A stretch of DNA of 64,000 bases from Amoebidium appalachense (lineage: Eukaryota; Protista; Ichthyosporea), in the NCBI GenBank assembly GCA_963693365.1, contig CAVNZM010000002.1, forward strand, positions 6,971,954 through 7,035,953, written 5' to 3'. The position numbers and the translations under genes are program-made. The notes beneath the pieces were generated by a model that saw only the letters and a program-made list of their open reading frames with translations, did no database searches and was not told where the DNA came from. Positions 50,089 through 64,000 of this stretch are shown piece by piece; the first letter of the stretch is position 1, and the number at the start of each line of letters is the position of its first letter.

Positions 50089-50619
50089 GTCCCGCATCTT
50101 AAGCATGTACAAATTTATTACATATCGGTGCTTGCAGCGTGGCTGCCTTCCTGCGTCTGCATCTACACATTAATGGCCGACCGGGGGGAGATTTGAAGAT
50201 CTCTGAGCGGGAGAGGGGGGGACTTAAATTTACCATATTCGGAAGGCCCTTGTTCACAGGCAAATATGCGTCTGGTTTATTCGTTTTTGATAATAGCGCA
50301 CCTAGACACCCAACATGTACATTCAACCACAAGCCGAGTACGTGTGTTTCGGTGTTTCCGTGTGTCGTGTGTGTATCCGTGTCTATAATGTGTGTGCTGG
50401 CGGGTGTCAATGCCTGTAACATAGTGCCACACCTATCCCTAGGCCTCCTCACACCATACGGATATGTACCCGTACAAAGAGCACCACACATGTGGCATAA
50501 AACCATAATTACAAGCACATTTTAGAATAGATGCTCCTCACAACAAACCCTCAAACCCCCATCGAATCCTCAACGGTTACCTACACCTTTAACCTTTTTA
50601 GGCTACAAGCCGAGCCATG

Positions 50620-58423
<7,804 letters not shown>

Positions 58424-58820
58424 GTTTATGTGTGTCCTAAAGAAAGCCTATTTATGTTGTAGCTAATCGACTGAACCGTAAAAACTGAACCTGTAACCAC
58501 ACTCTAGGCCAAGCAGCATATAAATAGATGTATTAGAGACTGCTGTAGACTTAGAGCGACAGGAGATCTCCTAGCACTGTATTCTAACGATAAACCTCGT
58601 ATACTTATGCTGGCGTAATATGCAAACCTGTACCTGCATGTATTTAGAAACGAGTCATACTCATCCTTACCAAAATTCTCCAAGGCCTGACAGCTGTCTT
58701 CAAGTTCCGATGCATCGCTAGGTGTAGCCTAAATTGGTGGACCTAATTTTGCTCTACAAACGATCGCGCGCGATCGAATCGAGAAGGAGATCAATTGAAC
58801 CTAGATTGAGATCTTAATAG

Positions 58821-59192
58821 GTACCTTCCACGAGAAGACACACAAATTTGAAGCTCGATCGGAATCGATTGACCTAACTTTAATATCTAATTGTTAGCAA
58901 TTCTTTAAATTTTATTAGTTTGATCTGAGACCAAACCAATTTGATGATTGGTCGACTTCAAAATTCCAATTCAATCGTCATCTGGTGAAAAAATTTCTTT
59001 TATCGGAAACACGTGAAAAAAACATGTATCATAATATAACTTTTTCTATTTGCGCGTCGCTAACGAACAAATGGTATCACTCGATAGAGAAAAAAAGTTA
59101 GCTTGCTAGTAAATATAGGTTTGATGGGGCTCTGATCGGTGCAAAGGGTCGAAGATTACGAAAAACAAAGTGTGTCTTCTCGTAGAAAAGAC
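58821..59192. mobile_element. Candidate MITE upstream of SPCS3; related diverged fragment near 30610-30750
   Basis: TTCCACGAGAAGACACAC / GTGTGTCTTCTCGTAGAA inverted pair. Shared ACAAATGGTA..TATAGGTTT..GATCGGTGCAAA..GTCGAA segment. Confidence 0.5.
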
Positions 59193-61609
59193 CAATGCAC
59201 CCCTATCCATGCAGGTCTAGTGATCGAGTGGAACACCTAGGTGTATGGCACCATCCAGTAGTATTGTGAGGTTATAACAGGGTTTAAAGCAAAGAGGTGT
59301 CTCTTTTCTATATTCAAAACTATGCGTCACGGCGATCTACAAATGTGATATACATTTTAAACCCATTTTATCTCAATCTTTAAAAGTCCCTCCCCTAGGT
59401 GTCTGCCTCCCTCCTGTAGCCAATCAGAATGCCGTACTAGGAAACCCAATACTTCAACCTGATAGGTTACAGGAGAGGACAGCAAACCAACCAACGGCAT
59501 TCAATAAGTTAGCACTTACCTGCATATCCCATTTCCATTGGCTGCCCAAAAGTCTTAGCACACCTTGGTACGGCCGCCAGAGACTGACATGTTGAAAAAA
59601 AGACAAGCAAGCACGCTAAGAAGGACAGCAAGAAGTAACAGAAACCCTTTCATGTCGAAAAAATGGTCAAGAACAAAGAAGTGGAGGACACGGAACTATA
59701 GTCTGATAGTTGTGACTAAGGGCACGAAGGGCACCGCTAAGGGCACCAAGCGGATGCACGCGCGCGCGCGAGCCGAAATCTATTTTTATCTTTTTCCTAA
59801 TCAGGCGCGGCGGTTACTAAACCGGTCTATGCTGAGACTAAGACTGACTTGCACACGGTGCCCATCTCCCGGTAGGGTCCAAGTAATGCGAGAGCTTGAT
59901 TGTGGGACGGCAAGGACCAGAAATACAGAGTTGGGCTGGGGTTCGCCAGCTTAACCGTATCGCCCTTTGGCCAATCGTAACGGACAATTTCTTCATCGTA
60001 ACGGGTGGGTTCTTGGGGAGATGCAAGCCCCGCCCAAAACGCCCCTCCAGTCGCAAAACTCAAAATACGTGTTTTTACAAATTGAGTACCGCAAGATTAC
60101 AAGCCCTGAAAACTTATCGAGGCTCGATATTGCACATGAGAAGCGCTGTAGATATGTTCTTGGGGGGGGAATGTGCTGTTCTTGAACAGAAATATTGAAA
60201 AAATAGGGAAAATTACATATTCAAGCGTTTATAATGCTACACACCTGATACGAAAGCTGTTACGAGCTGATACCCTGACCTTATTCGTACCGGGGTCTCT
60301 CGTTAATCGTAATTACGACGATTTTTTTTCGTAATCCCTACCCTGCAGAAATAAGTCTTTTGATTGGCTGAGGTTTTGGCGCCCCACTTACTTAAATATG
60401 AAGAAGAGCTTTGTCGGGCACGGTGGGCGTCACCGTGGGCGTTTGCTGAGGTGGAGTTTGTTTTTGCCAAGAAACAGCAGCAGTACTAGTAGACAAAAAT
60501 CTCGTTTCTTGTTTCTTCAGCTTGGTACTAGTAGGTTTGCGCGTACCAGCATGTCACGTGCTGTGTACAGGTGCCTTTTGCTTCTTGGGTTGATTTTGCC
60601 AGCGCACCAACTTGCGCCCCAACACGCCCCCTCCCCCCCCCCCCCCCCCCCCCCCACCCTCTTCCTCTCCTCTTTCTCTTCCCCCCATTCCCCATCTGTC
60701 CCTTCCTCGCCCAGAACCTAGACTTACCCTCACGTCCTTGCATGGACCCCTTCTCTTCAACCTTGCTCCTTATTTTTCTCATGGTCTTGGCGTCTTCTCC
60801 TTTGCAGTGGTTACCCCCCCCCTCCCCCCCCCCCCCCCCCCCCCCCCCCGCCACCCACCCACCCCCTTTCTTTCATACCCATACCCATTGCTTCATGTCC
60901 ATGGTTAGCTCTGCCTCTCGGGTTGGTCGTTTAGTTTCCATCACTCTCTTTCTTCTTTTGCTTACAACAACCTTCTCACGCTTCAGTCGCACCATGTCCG
61001 GCTCCCGATCACATCAAAACCACATGTATTCGGTGATTAGGCTGCATGATTCTGCAAATTCCGCATTAAGTCAACCAATAGGCACATTAGACCGCACCAG
61101 AACCCATAGAGATGGCCAATCAGAGTAGACATTCCGCGCATTTTTGTCAGGTTAAAATTTAAGTAGCACAGGTCGCCACGAAAACTGGTCGGAAACACGT
61201 GAAAACGTGTTTTCTAGCTCCTCTAGTCCAACGGAGAACTAGTAGCACACCTAACAGCCGGACCCAGAAAAACTCAAGCGGATAGAGGTACACGTCAGCT
61301 ACAGGGGACACTAAAAGCCGTCCCCGTAGGCCGGCGGGCACGGGAGTTACGCGCCGGAAAGGAGCCCCTTCTTTTTTCCCTGCACTTGACACAAAACCAA
61401 TGTTTCCTCTTTCAGTGGTAGTGACCTTTGTCTGGGGGAAAAAACATTAACGGCACAGAATTCACACACACAGTAGCAGAGTAGAACGCGCACAGAGTAG
61501 CCGTATCCACAGATACCAGCATCCTGCACTCACCCTTTTCGCACACACAAAGTCAACAACCATCTAGCAAATAAACGCTACCCAAAACATAGCTGCACCC
61601 ACCCCTACC

Positions 61610-62954
61610 ATGGAAAACCACATGGAGCTAGACGGGGACACGTCCCTCACTGCAATATCCACCTTAAACCCACCCACACCCAATCACACGGATAGGGCAA
61701 CCGAGTCGGTAGAAACCACACAACCGATGGGGGAAAGCATGGGGGTGGGAGCGAACCCTCAGCATCCCCCGGGCTCTGGAGGAAACGAGCGCTTGTCGGG
61801 CAAAAGAGGAAAGGAGGAAACAGAGGAGATGGAGAGGTCTACCTCACGCAGGACGGACTATGCCATACCAGGTAAAACTAACGCCCCCACCCTTTCCATA
61901 CTGTGTCCCCTGCCAGCAGATGACGGACACTCTGAAGCGGGCTGGTTGGCTCGGGTGTATGACTTCGTCAGCACCCAGAACCTAGCAAACAGGTACCTGG
62001 TGCACAACCGAAACCAACGGGGCATAGAGATCATGGTAGGCACAGAAGCAGAGTGGGAGGCACTAGTCACAGCACTGGTGGGGGAGGGCATTTTACCTGC
62101 CCCAATGGGAGAAATTGTAAAGTTTACATTTTTGGTTGTGACGTCACAACAGGGGTGTTTTACCGGCATAAGAATATTGATAAAGCAAGATTTTTCATGA
62201 AATTTCCCGAACGGGGGCTGCACGTGCGTGTAGAAGGTTAAAAAAGACAGGACTCTCAGAGTCCAGGCGGACTCTCATAGTCCGCTGGAGGACCATACGA
62301 ACCGACCCAAAATGTAAACTTTACATTTTCTCCCATTGCATCCGCCCGAACCCCACACGGTACATGGTCCTAATCCCGAATAGAACGGTAGAAACGTGCA
62401 ATTTTCCGAGGATAGGACGAGCAAGTGACGTGGCAACCGTGCTATATGCCAGTAGACCTTCACCCAGTGACCGTAACCTGGCTCCCCCCAAACCCCAACT
62501 TCCGTATCGCCAGGGAGCACTGGGCGTATGAGGGTAATTATGAGGTGGTTTTTCCTGACGACGAACACCATAGGAAACGCATAATAAATCTCCGAGAACA
62601 CTTTAGGGTCAACTGGACCTCTCTAGTGGAGGAAACATACATGACGGCGGCCCCAGCAATGCACAGGCACCGGGCCTGGGCTATCACCACACCCGGCTTA
62701 AACGAGGACACACGCCTCCCCCACCTCGAGGGGTACGATCATCTCCTCTACGAGAACACCAACCCCACCCCCCGTGTGGTGGACACCTCCCCCGAGTGGC
62801 CCCGGGCCCGACCCTTTCCGACACAGGAGGGGGGGGGGGGAGGAGTCAGAGGCAGTTCTGTTGCTAATCCCCATCCCACAGTCTCACATGTGTGGGTTGT
62901 GTTGGGAGCAATCCCACAAACTAACAGACACAGAGTGCCCGTTTGTTCAGTGCC
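61610..62954 (+). pseudogene. Degenerate gag-like/LINE ORF1 with CCHC zinc knuckle, disrupted by insertions
   Basis: ORF segments 61610-62100 and 62425-62830, then a shifted frame CGLCWEQSHKLTDTECPFVQC (knuckle plus start of a second) cut by the LTR. Confidence 0.55.
62103..62338. mobile_element. MITE inserted in the ORF1-like relic
   Basis: About 32-bp TIRs CAATGGGAGAAATTGTAAAGTTTACATTTTTGG / CCAAAATGTAAACTTTACATTTTCTCCCATTG. Only a degenerate TSD. Confidence 0.75.
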
Positions 62955-63456
62955 TGTTGTTTTGTACGGGTCTAAGGGAGCAGAGTGCACAGAGGTGTCA
63001 TGTAAAACACGACTAACACATTAATGAGAGGGCAATCGGAGTTGTTCACGAGACATTGAAAGATTCAAACAACTGATTCTTTATTGTGCTCTCGGTTCCT
63101 TTTGTACTTGCGACTTATCACTTTATCACAACTAAAGAGGGAGAACCAATCGGTTCTATCAGAAGATAGAAAAACACATTCCGACAGAGCATACGCATTC
63201 CAACTTCCGATCAATGATTAAACTAAAGTTTAGAAACTCTTACTTAAATAAATTAAGTAATTATACATCTGGTCACTATTAACTCACATATATATTTATG
63301 TTCGTCTCTATAAAGAAACTTATTTAAATACATATATTTCCTAACAGTTGACACTCTCAAAGTGAAGACACTTTGCAATAAACCGAATTCCATATATATC
63401 TATTGTCCAATCACAACACACATATATTAATAGACAGGAATGCACAACACGATCTA
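62955..63456 (-). repeat. Second, truncated copy of the same Copia LTR (solo or 3' LTR)
   Basis: Collinear with 49146-49654 with scattered substitutions and indels. No PBS on its flank. Similarity stops abruptly after ACACGATCTA. Confidence 0.88.
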
Positions 63457-64000
63457 CACATCAGCAAACTTCATCCGGCATCCGAAACCCATCTTATATA
63501 TCATTTTGATATATGGCATACCAAACCCCACCCTAAATACGTCAAAAAGAGCCTGACAAGATATCATAGAATTCCCGGATAGAACCCATCAGATCCCTAT
63601 CAATGATATCTTTGATAGGGTTCGGATTGGTTATGGTATGGCGCATATCCGAAACCCATCCTTTGCTGATATCCTTACGATATCCTTACGATATCATAGA
63701 AAACCACGATGGTTTTGGTTTTTGACCGAAAATCTCAAAATTTCCTCATAGCATTATGATATCCATATGCTATCCTAGTGATATGTATGTTAGCAAGGTC
63801 ATAATAGCTCTTTTGGATATGTTTCACATACGTTTAGGATATTGGTGCCCCAAACGATATCTGTTAGATGTCTTTGTTATAGCCTACAGATATCCCTCAT
63901 TATAGAATATCTTAATCCCATCCAATACGCATTACATGACGATATCTACCTGATGTCGTGGGACAATACAAATTGATATCCACGTGATATCTGATGGATA
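63457..64000. repeat. GATATC/GAAACCCATC-rich degenerate repeat, possibly the subterminal region of an element interrupting the LTR
   Basis: Many GATATC and ATATCCG/AAACCCATC units start exactly where LTR similarity ends and run off the window. Confidence 0.45.

Overview
Intron-rich eukaryotic genomic DNA, probably from an opisthokont (inference only), saturated with poly-G/poly-C tracts and (CA)n/(TG)n microsatellites. Most ORFs in the supplied track are low-complexity artefacts. Three host genes were spliced by hand: MO25/CAB39 (+, 15995-25246, 11 exons), TFIIIC subunit GTF3C5/tau95 (-, 26541-40647, 19 exons, one apparent frameshift and a U12-type AT-AC intron) and signal peptidase subunit SPCS3 (-, 50620-58423, 5 exons, likely one GC-AG intron). 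Other elements: a spliced OTU+CXC+Myb-like gene of probable transposon origin, an intron-containing P-element with an internal deletion (THAP, 29-bp TIRs, 7-bp TSD), a Copia gag-protease relic with LTR and PBS, a DIRS/Ngaro-like relic, a LINE-ORF1-like relic with nested insertions, and several MITE families. The most striking unexplained system is a young interspersed repeat family with at least 13 copies in 2 subfamilies. The copies share a fixed 3' end running into poly(C), show variable 5' truncation, usually sit in C-tracts, and carry a covarying pseudoknotted RNA fold. Every intronic copy is in the sense orientation. All alignments, splicing and folding were done by eye; no database searches were run.
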